Shown: positions 12,001 through 23,253 of the stretch, piece after piece
Numbering within the stretch: the stretch's first letter is position 1
Layout: every line of letters begins with the position of its first letter
From: Takakia lepidozioides
Lineage: Eukaryota > Plantae > Bryophyta
Direction: 5' to 3'
Length of the DNA stretch: 64,000 nucleotides
Assembly: GCA_030704615.1 (NCBI GenBank)
Contig: CM060733.1
Span: 45,880,001-45,944,000, forward strand
Position numbers and translations under genes: made by a program
The notes under the pieces: model-generated
Databases searched by the model: none
Told to the model about the DNA's origin: nothing
Seen by the model: the letters and a program-made list of their open reading frames with translations, nothing else

Positions 12001-12655
12001 TCGCCAGATCGTTCACTGCTTTGCTGAAGTGTTTCCTGAAGATGAGTGCCCTTGCCTTCCAGCTATGGGGGATGGAAGGGCATCCAATAGCCTTTTAGAA
12101 GACAAAAAATATAGGGACTAGGCTGGCTTCAAAGACCAATACATTCGTGGCATCGGAACTCCAATTTCATGAAGGGGTTCCCCTTTCACAACCCACAGAG
12201 CTGAACCCACAACCTGCGGCAGTAGGACAGTTGTGTAAAGTCTTACCAATCAACCTGATACCAATACTTATGGTGCTATCCAAATCTGGGATATTTTCAA
12301 GGTAGCCTAATCACTCTTGGAAGATATATTGTTGGGTGTATGATCACACCTCATCTTTATCTGCCATCTGTGCAAAAACATCTGTGGAGCAGGGAAACCG
12401 TACACTTACTATACATGATCCACCATAATCCCTTGAACAGTCATTTACAGTACTGGCTGTGTAAAAATGACATGCTGGAGGTATCTGGGACGACTTCATC
12501 TGAATCAAGTGGGTGGGCTTCACGTGCGATTTTGGATAACTGCTGGCCAACACAGCTGATGTGGTACAAGCCACAGCAATTTGATAATATATCCACTTGT
12601 TGGTAAGAAATGAGGTTGTCGTGTTAACCAGAGGACTTCTTTAAATTGTGGCTTG

Positions 12656-13392
12656 CTTGCATAAGTACATGCTGGGCAATGATAGGATCTCAACTTCATG
12701 GGCCCTTGTGTTCATGTAGGTGATAGAATCAATCATCAAAAGTATGGAACTGTTCTTTGAACTAGTCAGCCATAGAGCTCTCTTCCTCTTTATATAGTTT
12801 GCACCATTCAGTCCCACCTTTCAGGCATTTCCAGTAAGGTTGTCACCACCTGCATACACCATGTCTAGTGAGCACATGAGGTGAGTCCCCTTTTACGCGC
12901 CATAAGCACATACATGGAAATACATACATGAAAAATACTAGAAATGTGCAGCTTGTCAGAAATGTACCTGCCCTTGAAGTAGGGCATTATAGCTCATTAA
13001 AATTCTTATTCACTTCCATCTTCAAGCTTAGGAGAAGCTCCACCACCCAAACCCAGAATTAGAACAGCACTCTGATATCCATCCACTGTCATCAGAGTTA
13101 CTGGGGTCAACAAACTATTCATTCCACACCTTCTCCTCATCTTTGTTACCTGTTTTTGGATACTTCCCTGTTATCACATTGGCAGTATCATGTCAAAGTC
13201 ACTCCAAACCAGATTCACTCAACCACCTAACTTGCAAAACGCTTCTGTGTTGAAGAAGGTGCCTTCATTCGCAGTGCCTTGCATAAGTACATGCTGGGTA
13301 ATGATAGGATCTCAACTTCATGGGCCCTTGTGTTCATGTGGGTGATAGAATCAATCATCAAAAGTGTGCAACTGTTCTTTGAACTGGTCAGC
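12656..13392 (+). repeat. Direct repeat pair, ~115 bp (12656-12770 and 13278-13392)
   Basis: cttgcataagtacatgctggg...gttctttgaactRgtcagc occurs twice, 622 bp apart, with about 5 mismatches. Confidence 0.9.
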
Positions 13393-14300
13393 GAGAACCA
13401 CCACGGTGCAGCTGAGCAGGCATAGATTGAAATACGGCCAGCTAAGACCGAGCTTACTCTCCGAAGAACCTCGTAAACATAATAAGGAAGAATGTCAATT
13501 CATGGTACTAATAGGAGCCAAGAGCCCATATGTGCAGGATGGACAAACTTCTTTATATCGTACATTAAGAAAAAGCCACACATTGCAATTGCAGTTGTCC
13601 CACCATCATGCCTCCGCACTCAAGCAAGCGGGGGCATCATCCTCCCGTCCCACTCATTTTTTACCGGAGCCTTTTGGCGAAAATTCGCCAAAAAAAAACA
13701 ATGTTACAAAGGTACTGTCTGTTGTCTGTTCACTGTTGTTCTATCCAAACTGGGCATTGGGTCTCAACAACAAGGCTATGGCAAACAACTTTTCATCATA
13801 CTCTGTCTTTGAATAAATGAACAAATTTTGAAAAGGACCACTGGCTCAAGAAAAGCCACTAAATTGCAGACAATGCAGGTATGAAAGTCATCGTTGAAAC
13901 ATGAATTATGATATAACATTATGATCGGAACTCTGTAACATAGCCTTGTAGAATGAGCAACCCCCATAAGATCAAGAAAGCATGGCCAACCATGCACGGT
14001 TATTGAAATCTACTTATTGGAATATATTTCTAGAAAATAGCCAGAAGCCCTAGAAAATAACGTAAAATTGGGATATTGTCCGGTAAAAAGCTTTTCTTCT
14101 AGGCTAGGGTATGCTCTCTATTCCGGATAGCAAGAATATAGGCGACCCTTTTGGACACACGTGCGATCCGGGGAAGCGTGATTGTGAAGCAACCCCGATC
14201 TAAGCGGCTTGTCCTTAACGCTTTGCAGAGTCTTCCGGAAACATGCGCTCCAAGCGGAGAGGATCTCCCGAGAAAACTGACAGGCTCCGGGATGAAGCCA

Positions 14301-15387
14301 TGTTAACGCAAATAAAGATGTCTTGGAAGGCAATTAGTTAGGATGAGATTCCGTAGGTCACACAAACGATTTGCCCCGCGAGCGTGGACGTTGGACCCTG
14401 CACTTGCTGGTAGTTTAGATATCGGAAGGATTTTCCTCTGTCGACCGCTGACCCTCCACCAAGACTAGCGACACATCTCACAGGTGGGCGGTTCTTGAGC
14501 CTAACCCACCTCGTCGCCGGACTCCAGGCCCCGGATTGACGTTGCATTTTCCCCTTTCGTGATTGCGCACGCGGCGAGGCTCGTTAACCACACCACTGTT
14601 TCCTGAAGATCTCCTTTCATATTCATTTATTTCTTCCCAATGCAACTCCAATTAGAGTTGCTGAAATCATAATACTCACCCGATACAACGCCGGGTCTCA
14701 GCCCGGGGAATTCCTAGTACGGTGTCTCTCTGCTGAGTACTAATCTAGCCTCACTCCTTCCTAAATTCTCTTAGAATTAGCCGTCTATCCCCCTCTTGCC
14801 TTTCGGACTACCTCCTCTGTTTTCCTAGCTACTGTGTTCCCCGTTCACACCTGCCTGGCGATACTCTCTTACTCTTCCAAAACCGCAACAGTTCTCTGTC
14901 CGCTACTCTCTCTCACTAATCTTGATCATGTGTAGTGTGTCTCCTCCTGCTGCTAGTTGCTAATCCCCTCCGTCATCTTCGCGTTCTCCACCCTCAACTC
15001 TTCATGATGGCTCAGGGATTCTCCCTCGCGTGCTCCTCGCGATGATGATGGGGGAAAGTACTGCTCTTGCAGTTGTCTGTGCCCCGTAGTTGATTCTGCC
15101 TTCGTAACGACTGGGACTTTGTTGCTCCGGGCAAGGTCGTAGCTGGAGGCGGGCTCATATGGATTCCTCGGCTCATAGTGTCTACTAAGTTCGACGTAGA
15201 ACCTACATAGCTCGTTGCGTGGTCGCAGCTCGTAGCTGCTCAGCTTTCTGCCCGCATCGAGCTCTCTTCATGTGTGGCTTCTAGCGAGTCATCCTAATAG
15301 ACTGGCTCCGCCAAGCTCCTCAACGTCTCTCTCCCTCCCTCCTACACAAGTACAAGTGTAGAGGGTCAGAATTCTAGACGTCTAACA
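14301..15387 (-). mobile_element. Putative LTR (~1.09 kb) with internal-region remnants on both sides (~14110-14300 and 15388-~16220)
   Basis: On the minus strand a polypurine tract aagaagggaataa (15400-15388) directly precedes TGTTAG.... The segment ends ...TTAACA at 14301 (5-bp terminal inverted repeat) and is followed by TGG (PBS-like). No second LTR in the window to confirm it. Confidence 0.5.
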
Positions 15388-16504
15388 TTATTCCCTTCTT
15401 ACATTCGACGTCCATGTCCTCATGGACGGCCTTCATGTCCTCTATCTGTGTTTCGCCTATGACTGAACCCAGTCCTAGAGCCTTTTCCGGTCGATTTTGT
15501 GGGGGAGGGGTTCGCACTCATCTTCGCTTCCTTCGAGGGCATTGTCCTCATCCTCGCCCCCCCCCCATTAGTTCATTGCCCCGTCCAGGAGAATAGGTAT
15601 CGTTTTACAGCGTAGCGACGTAATTTCAAGGGCAGGGCTAGTTGTATTCTTAGTTGGAATGAAGTTCGGGGTTTGGCCATCATCAGCTGTCTTACCATTT
15701 CATTGACTCAACACCTTGCCCCGTTGAACGAAGCTTCTATTCCTTCGAACAAGCGGCGTGTCTACGGGTAAAGACCTCATATTTGGAGTTCTGAGTCGTC
15801 GGATAAGGCAGTTCTTCCCTCGTCGGAACAAATTTTTCATTAGACAAACCCCTCAATTCCTCTATGGCCTTCGCATAGGTGAGTTCCCACACTGGATCCC
15901 TTAGTAGTTCGCTTAAGCTCCGGCTGTGTTTGCTCGCAGGTCTTAGCACCATGGAAAGAGGGTTAGGTTGTTCTGCGGCTATGCGTGTCTTAACTCCATT
16001 AGGCAGTAGAATCGTAAGATATAATGCTAGAGGCAACCTGTGTTGGCGTCGATCATTGCGTACTCGGCTGGCTCTTGTGGTAGGATGTCTCCTACCACGA
16101 GGTTGGGTAGCGAGTGAGGATGCTCACATGAGCACAATTGCATATTCCCCGAATTTCCATGAAACTTCCTGAAATTTCCACAACGGTACGCAAAATGAAA
16201 CTTAAGTGGCAAAACTAACAATTATGCAAAACTAACACATAAAGAACAAGTAGCCTTTAATACCTGATGAACATTGTTACCCTATAGCGTGACTTTTCCT
16301 CCATAACAGGCGCGGCGCGGGAGTGGCCAATGAGGCTTCACCTCAAATTTAAGGTCCTCGCCCATGGACAGTTTCACAGGGCGAAACTTTGCGTGAGAAA
16401 TGATCACGCTGTAGCTAAAAAGATGAATAGGTCACTTTTAAGCCCCCACCCATTCCTTTTGGATTTTGGATGTGGATTGTTGGGTGATGGGATTTCTGAA
16501 TGCA

Positions 16505-16762
16505 AAACCCACCGCTACTTAGTTTGTGCCCATATCACTAGGTAATTTGCACAACAAAATTCGCCGCTGCTTAGTTTTTGCTCATGTCCACCAAGTATTT
16601 CTTAATGCAAAATTCACCTCTGCATATCACCAAGTATTTCTCATTATGAAATTCACCGCTGCTTAATTTTTGCCCATATCCCCAAGTATTTCTCAATGCG
16701 AAATTCACCATTGCTTAGTTTTTGCCCATATCCCCAAGTATTTCTCAATGCGAAATTCACCA
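16505..16762 (+). repeat. Tandem minisatellite, 52-bp unit, ~4.5 copies
   Basis: aaattcaccattgcttagtttttgcccatatccccaagtatttctcaatgcg recurs at ~16649, 16701 and 16753 (partial), with more diverged copies upstream. Confidence 0.9.
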
Positions 16763-16979
16763 TCCGTGCTATAGGTTTAGGGTTTTTAGCTACACTACTG
16801 AAGGTTTCGCCTAGGTGAATTGGGGCAATGTACTATACAAATGCACCAGGCATCTATACCCGCTTATGGTTTTATTCCATTTTGAAAACATATCACTCAT
16901 AAGACGGAGGTTTAAAAACATAAAATTCCCATGACTGCTGTGCTCACAAGATACGAACCCCTAAGTTACCACGAATCTA

Positions 16980-17222
16980 AAGCCGTTTGTGGAGGATTGC
17001 ATGGGGCGGTCCATGGCTGATTCGGAGCAGAGAGAGCGCAAGTTCAGAGAGCACCTCTACACCGTACTGGCCGATGCCCAGAAGCTCAAGCAGAGATGGG
17101 CCCAGCATTTGAAGTCCTATGGGTTTGGGCTGAGGAAAAGAACAATTCAAAGCTCTATCGTACCTTCTTCTGTCCCGCATACCTGGCCGCATGGGTCCAT
17201 ACGTCCATACGATGAGATCAGG
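16980..17222 (+). pseudogene. Pseudogene fragment of the plant-specific mitochondrial complex I subunit P1 (At1g67350-like)
   Basis: PFVEDCMGRSMADSEQRERKFREHLY...KLKQRWAQHLKSYGF, then by frameshift (W)AEEKNNSKL and IPGRMGPY/PYDEI. This matches recalled P1 (EFAENLVLRLMENPEERDRKAREHIY...MWALPIRPYGFWTFERHNAQL...GRRDPYDDL). It has frameshifts, an 8-bp duplication (gtccatac) and no start codon region. Confidence 0.65.
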
Positions 17223-17467
17223 TCATCTTGGCGTTGGACTTGAGCTGTGGAGTGATCCCAGGTATCATCTGGAAGCGCAGTCAGGATAACTTTGTTATGA
17301 AGGATCCTTCAGGCCGTGCAGTAATCTTGAAGTAGATTCTGGTAAAGAAACAACAAACAAAGAAAAACCTGTATAACGTGCGGAAGTCTGGAATTGAAAA
17401 GGTCCAAATTGCTAGATTTTGCCATAGTACAGCATTTCTAATTCAACCCAATTGTCAAGGCTACTCC

Positions 17468-17498
<31 letters not shown>

Positions 17499-18034
17499 CA
17501 AAACATTTGTAAACTACATTACCGCATGCATTTGCACAAATGAACCTTTTGAGAATCTCAATGTCTGTTTGACAATCATGCAGAGCATAACAGATATTTA
17601 TCTGCTAACAGATCAAGTCTCTCACTCCAAACCACTCAAGCTCAAGCATATCAAATGAAATTTCTTTTCACGGGTATCAACAACCAGCAACAACTCAAAG
17701 ACCCCGGAAATACCCAAAACAACTCAATGTTGATCTCATGCACTTGGTTCCTTCCAGTTCGTGCATTTGCTCCATCATTAAAAGCCATGGTGCGCAGGGC
17801 CATTTGCTGCAGTGTGCGAAGCGGGCCAAGGATCTGGGGAAGGGCGACGGTGAGCAGTGTGAAACAAGAATCTTGTGCTTGCGTGGATCCATGGTGTGAT
17901 TGTGTGAAGAAACAAATGACTGGAACACAAGCAGTCGACACTATCTACAGGCGTTTCAGATTGGCTGTCAAATCCCAGCTTTTGTAAACCAAAAGCACCG
18001 TCAGGGTCTTCGCTCCCAGCAAGGCTGGCCAGGG

Positions 18035-21000
18035 ATGGCCTCGTGCGCCGCCACTCTCCAGCGCGCACTGGGAGAGGCTACACACGAGGCCATGTCTTCT
18101 CTCTGTGGTGAACTGGCGGGCGGTCTCACTTTAGACAGTGGATTAGTGGGCCAGCTGAAATGGGTATCCAGCTTGGCAATGCTAGGGCCAAGACCCTTGA
18201 GACCAATGGCGAGGACGCGTCCCCAGCCTCCAAGGATGCCGGAGAAAGGTGTGAACTCCTTTGCATGCTTTTTTGGCCCTCTACACAGAACTGATGCGTC
18301 TGGTATAGATATCACGTTACTAAGTTGATTACATATCGCTTGTCCCCAATCCTACACATTTAGTACATATATGGTGGAATCGTGCATACTGTTAAAGCCA
18401 GGACCAGAGAGGTAAGCTCACAATTGAGGGTAATGAAAGCATATGCTAGTTTCCTCCATAAGTCAGGCAATTAGGAGCTGCTAAAGGCATATTAATTAGA
18501 TGGTGTTTGCATGTAGGCCAAGCAATAAGCAGAGAACGGCTTTGTCAGCAGATCATGTCAGATCCTTCGCACTACGGGGACAGCAGGTCTGATAAGGTGA
18601 GGCTAGTCATCCAATCTTACTGCCTACAAGGAAAGGACATTGATCCTCTGCCGAGTGAAGCTGGTGATCAACTGATCTACTGGTGGTATTCACAGAAAAG
18701 TGGAAGATCAACAGACTTCTCACATAAGAGCAAAAAGGAGGTCCTTTTGATTCAGAGTTGGTCACACCTTCCTTGGGTGGGAGCAGAGCTGGCAACCGTG
18801 ATACACGGTCGAGCCCAATCTGGTGATGATTCTAGTGTCAATGTCAAACGTGGCGCCCTGGGCCGACAAAACAATGGGTACTGTTTTTATCGTTCGGGGG
18901 TTGGATCAAACAGATAGCATTTATGTAAATGACTCCTGTAGTTTTGTAAGATATTGTATGAACAAGCAGCCTGTAATGATGAAGAGATATTTATTTGTAG
19001 TATCTATGAGCTTTGATGTGTCCTGTAAAAATGTTTGTCCCAAAGAGCTTTGTAATGATGCAGGATGGCAGGGTCAAATCAGGCTCAGTTGTCTGTTGGA
19101 CATCAGATTGGTGGCGAGGGGAGCACCACTACCAGCATCCCTGCTTTTGAATGGGGATCAATAGAGCGAGTCAACCAGAACTCTTCTGGATCTTGTGGGG
19201 ATGTGAGGACACTGTGTAAGACAGGACGACCAAAAGAGGCACTGCACGTTTTGCAACAGCGAGGCGTTGGGGTGGACTCCAGCACTTATGTCTTACTCTT
19301 GCAGCAGTGCATCAACATGAAAGACCTAGCAGAGGGGACAGATGTGCACGCCCATATTGTCCAAAGTGGATTCAAGTCAAATAGTGTTCTACTCAACACC
19401 CTTGTCAACATGTATGCCAAGTGCGGAAGCATGGTGGATGCTTGCAAAGTGTTTAACAAAATGACTCAACGAGATCTGTTTACATGGACTACAATGATAA
19501 CAGGATATGCAAAGTCTGGCTGCAGTACAGAGGCTTTCAAGGTCTATGAGAAAATGAGACAGGAAGGGCTGCTGCCCAACAAGGTCACCTATATTTCAGT
19601 TATCAAGGCATGTGCCAGCCTAGGAGCCCTGGAAAAGGGGAAAGTGATCCATGCTGACATCATCAAAACTGGAATTCCGTCGTATATCAATCTGGAAAAT
19701 TGTCTCATTGACATGTATGCGAAATGCGGAAGCATGAATGATGCACGTGAAGTGTTTGACAGTATGGCGCAACGAGATGTGGTATCATGGAATACAATGA
19801 TCACAGGATATTCTCAGCATGGATTTTGTGGGGAGGCTTTCAAGATTTATGAGCAAATGCAACAGAATAGGATGGCACCAAACAGGGTTACGTTCATTTG
19901 CCTTCTCAATACATGTGCCAGGTTAGAATCCCTGGATAAGGGCAAAGAGGTCCATGCTGACATCGTCAAAGCTGGAATTGCATCATACATAAATTTGGAG
20001 AATACACTTGTTGACATGTATGCCAAATGTGGGAGCCTGAAAGCCGCACGTCAAGTGTTCGACAATATGGCCAAACGAGATGTGGTCTCATGGAGTGCGA
20101 TGATTGCCGGATATGCTCAACATGAGTTTGGTAGGGAGGCTCTTGACATCTATGAGCAAATGCAATGGGAAGGGGTGAAGCCCAGCAAGGTGACATTCAT
20201 TTGTGTTCTTAATGCATGTACCAGCCTAAGAGCAGTGGAAAAGGGCGAACAGGTTCACACTGACATCATCAAAGCTGAAATTGTGTCATGCCTTAATTTA
20301 CAGAATAGCCTGGTGAACATGTACGCCAAATGTGGGAGCATGAAGAATTCATGTCATGTGTTTGACAACATGGCCAAACGTGATGTAGTCTCTTGGAATG
20401 CTTTGATTGCAGGATATGCTCAACATGGATATGGTAGGGAAGCTTTCCACATCTATGACCGCATGGAACTGGAAGGTGTGACACCTGACAGGGTCACATT
20501 CACTTGCATTCTCAAAGCATGTGCAGGCCTACGAGCCCTTGAAAAGGGCAAGCGGGTCCATGCTGACATCATTAGAGCTGGAATTGCAACAGATATCATT
20601 TTGGAAACCGCCCTTGTTGACATGTATGCTAACTGCCAGAGCATGAAGTGTGCGTGGCAAATGTTTGACCGCATTGCTAAACGAGATGTGGTGTCATGGT
20701 GTGTAATGATCACGGGATATGCTCACCAAGGGTGTGGCTTGGAGGCTTTCAGGATTTATGAGCAAATGCAATGTGAAGGAATGACACCTGACAGGGTCAC
20801 CTTCACTTGCATTCTCAATGTGTGTGCTAGCTTGCGAGACCTTGGAAAGGGCAAGCGGGTCCATGCTGACATCAGCAAAAGTGGAATTGTGCCAGATATC
20901 ATTCTGGAGAATACTTTAGTTGATATGTATGCCAAATGTGGAAGCATGAAGGATGCGCATCAAGTGTTTGACAATATGGCTCAAAGAGATGTCGTCTCGT

Positions 21001-21695
21001 GGAATGCCATGATTGCAGGATATGCTCAGCATGAGGGTAGGCAGGCTTTCAAGATGTATGAGAAAATGCAAAAAGAAGTAGTGATGCCGGACAGGGTCAC
21101 ATTCATGTCTGTCCTCAATGCATGTGCCACCACTGGAGCCTTGGAAAAGGGGAAAGAGGTACATACTGTCATCATCAAATGTGGAATTTCATCATACATG
21201 GATTTGGAGACTGCCCTTGTGGGCATGTACGCCAGATGTGGGAGCTTGAAGGATGCCCGTCAAGTATTTGACAGTATGGATCAGCACGATGTGGTCTCAT
21301 GGAATGCCTTGATCACAGTATGTGCCCAGCATGGGTGTGGTAGGGAGACCTTGCAACTATTTGAACAAATGCAGCATGAAGGCTTGAAGCCAAACAGGAT
21401 CACCTTTATATCTCTGCTGTCTGCATGTAGCCATGCAGGCCTTCTGGATGAAGGCCAGCACTACTTCGATTCAATGAGTAAAGATCATGGTGTCACTCCT
21501 GCAGTAGAGCATTTGGGCTGCATGGTGGACCTTTTTGGCCGTGCAGGACGATTGGATGACGCAGAGGACTTCATTAACCAAAGACCAATCCAGCCAGATG
21601 TTGGGGTGTGGAGGGCCTTGCTTGGTGCCTGCAGAATTCATGGCAATGTGGAGGTAGCAGAGTGTGCAGCAAAAAGAATTATGAAGAATGGATAG
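18035..21695 (+). CDS. PLS-class pentatricopeptide repeat protein (organellar RNA-editing factor type), truncated in the E domain
   Basis: Main exon 19064-21695 has seven ~101-aa P-L-S triplets (MYAKCG...RDVVSW...GYAQHG), LSACSHAG and E-domain VWRALLGACRIHG. Two upstream exons (18035-18248, 18517-18877) splice in phase across GT-AG introns; they are inferred and less certain. Confidence 0.9.
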
Positions 21696-21699
21696 CTGC

Positions 21700-22040
21700 A
21701 GCTGGCAGGTAAGACGATAAAGAAAAGAAAAGGTAACAAAAATGATGGATTATGCAGTAGTAAGAAAGGAGTCAGGGCCCCAGCTGCATTGATGTTGACA
21801 ACATGTGTGCGTACCAGCCAAATCATGTTCCCAACAAATTGAAGTGATCCATGCTGAGCTGAAGAGATTATATGGGGAGGTTGGGTATGTGCCTCACTCG
21901 TGCTTCGTATTGCACCACATAGGAGCAAAGGAACTTTCTCTTTGCCTTAACAGTGAGAAGCTGGCCATTGCAGCACATCTATTGGGCCACCCATCGATCC
22001 TTGGGAGTGTGGTGACTGCCATGCTGCCACCCAAGGTCAT
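21700..22040 (+). pseudogene. Decayed E+/DYW deaminase remnant downstream of the PPR stop codon
   Basis: IHAELKRL...GYVP...VLH...KELSLCLNSEKLAIA (HSEKLA motif altered to NSEKLA) and, in another frame, CGDCHAAT. Multiple deletions; no terminal DYW. Confidence 0.8.
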
Positions 22041-23253
22041 CTTACCTTGCAGAGATTCATCTCACAGCTGACTATCAGGGGTCTGAGTCTTCAGAAATTG
22101 GGACCAATCTCTTCCTTTGGAGTAAAGGGGAAAACTAAAAAGAATTACCATATTGACCCAAATGTGCAACCAAACCCCTCTCAGGAATGTCATATCTGCT
22201 TGTGATATTCATTTCCACAAACAGTACCACATAACCAGGAATTCAAACACCCGTTTGACAGATCAATTTCTCAGATTTGCATATGCACATTATGATGATT
22301 ACCAAGACCACCACCTCACATATGACAGTAACTGCAAATTAAGGAGCAGTTACCTTGCAGGTGTTAAAGTGAGTTCTGCTTGGATAATATTCGCAAGGGT
22401 AAAACTTTTCCGGTTTCTCAGATATATAGTGCCAGTGCACCATTTTCATCACAAGGACTTCAACATGTAACATGAAATTAGTTTATAGCTGTCTGCTGCC
22501 CTTACTGCTAACATCACAAGGCTTGCTCTCGAGAAAGGAAGCCTTTGGTATGTCCAATCCGCCGTACCATGATGTGGCCTTGCAAGACATATGGTATGAA
22601 GGAGGGCACACCTGCGCCGTGCTATTTGGGAAGATACGATCATCCCGCTCTTGTGAAGCCAAAGGTACAGATGTTGTGGTTCTGTCCTGACAACATGTTT
22701 CAGTGTGTCCACTGTGGTGTAAATGACTAAAGATAATCCTGGACCTCCTTCAGTTTGGCCTGTGGCTGAAGGTTGTAACCTGGACCAGGTGGAGGTGCAT
22801 TTTTCAGTTCCACACCAACCTTGGAAGACAAAAACAGGCATCTGAAGCACAAATCTAATCTGGCAAGGGAAGTAGCCAAATCTGCAATAACAGCTCCAAA
22901 AGCTGCTAATTTAGTTACCAAATTCCGAGCTGGAATATACTTGATTTTAACTCTCATGGAAACTGTATTTGGTGTGCCCACAGTACAACGAGATAGATGT
23001 ACTTGCACAATACTCAGAAGCCTCAAAGGTATGGACAGTAGGGCTTACTAATGTCAAATGACTTGACCAAGTTTCAGACTCCGCAATGAAGTCCTGAATG
23101 CCCCACTGTGAGAGAAAGGCCTTCACTAATCTCAAGATGGGAAGGGTCACTATCCTGTAGCTATCCTCTGCTCCTTTTAAGGCTCACAATCTTTTCCGCG
23201 CGAGTGCCCATGAAAAGAAAATAAGTGGAAAATACAAAGAATAACAATACAAT

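Noticed and set aside
19103-21226. Repeated antisense ORFs within the PPR gene
   Set aside because: Shadow ORFs produced by the repetitive sense-strand PPR codons.
22449-23150. Short minus-strand ORFs downstream of ATP sulfurylase
   Set aside because: No recognisable domain; better explained as APS 3' UTR (possibly with an intron) and intergenic DNA.
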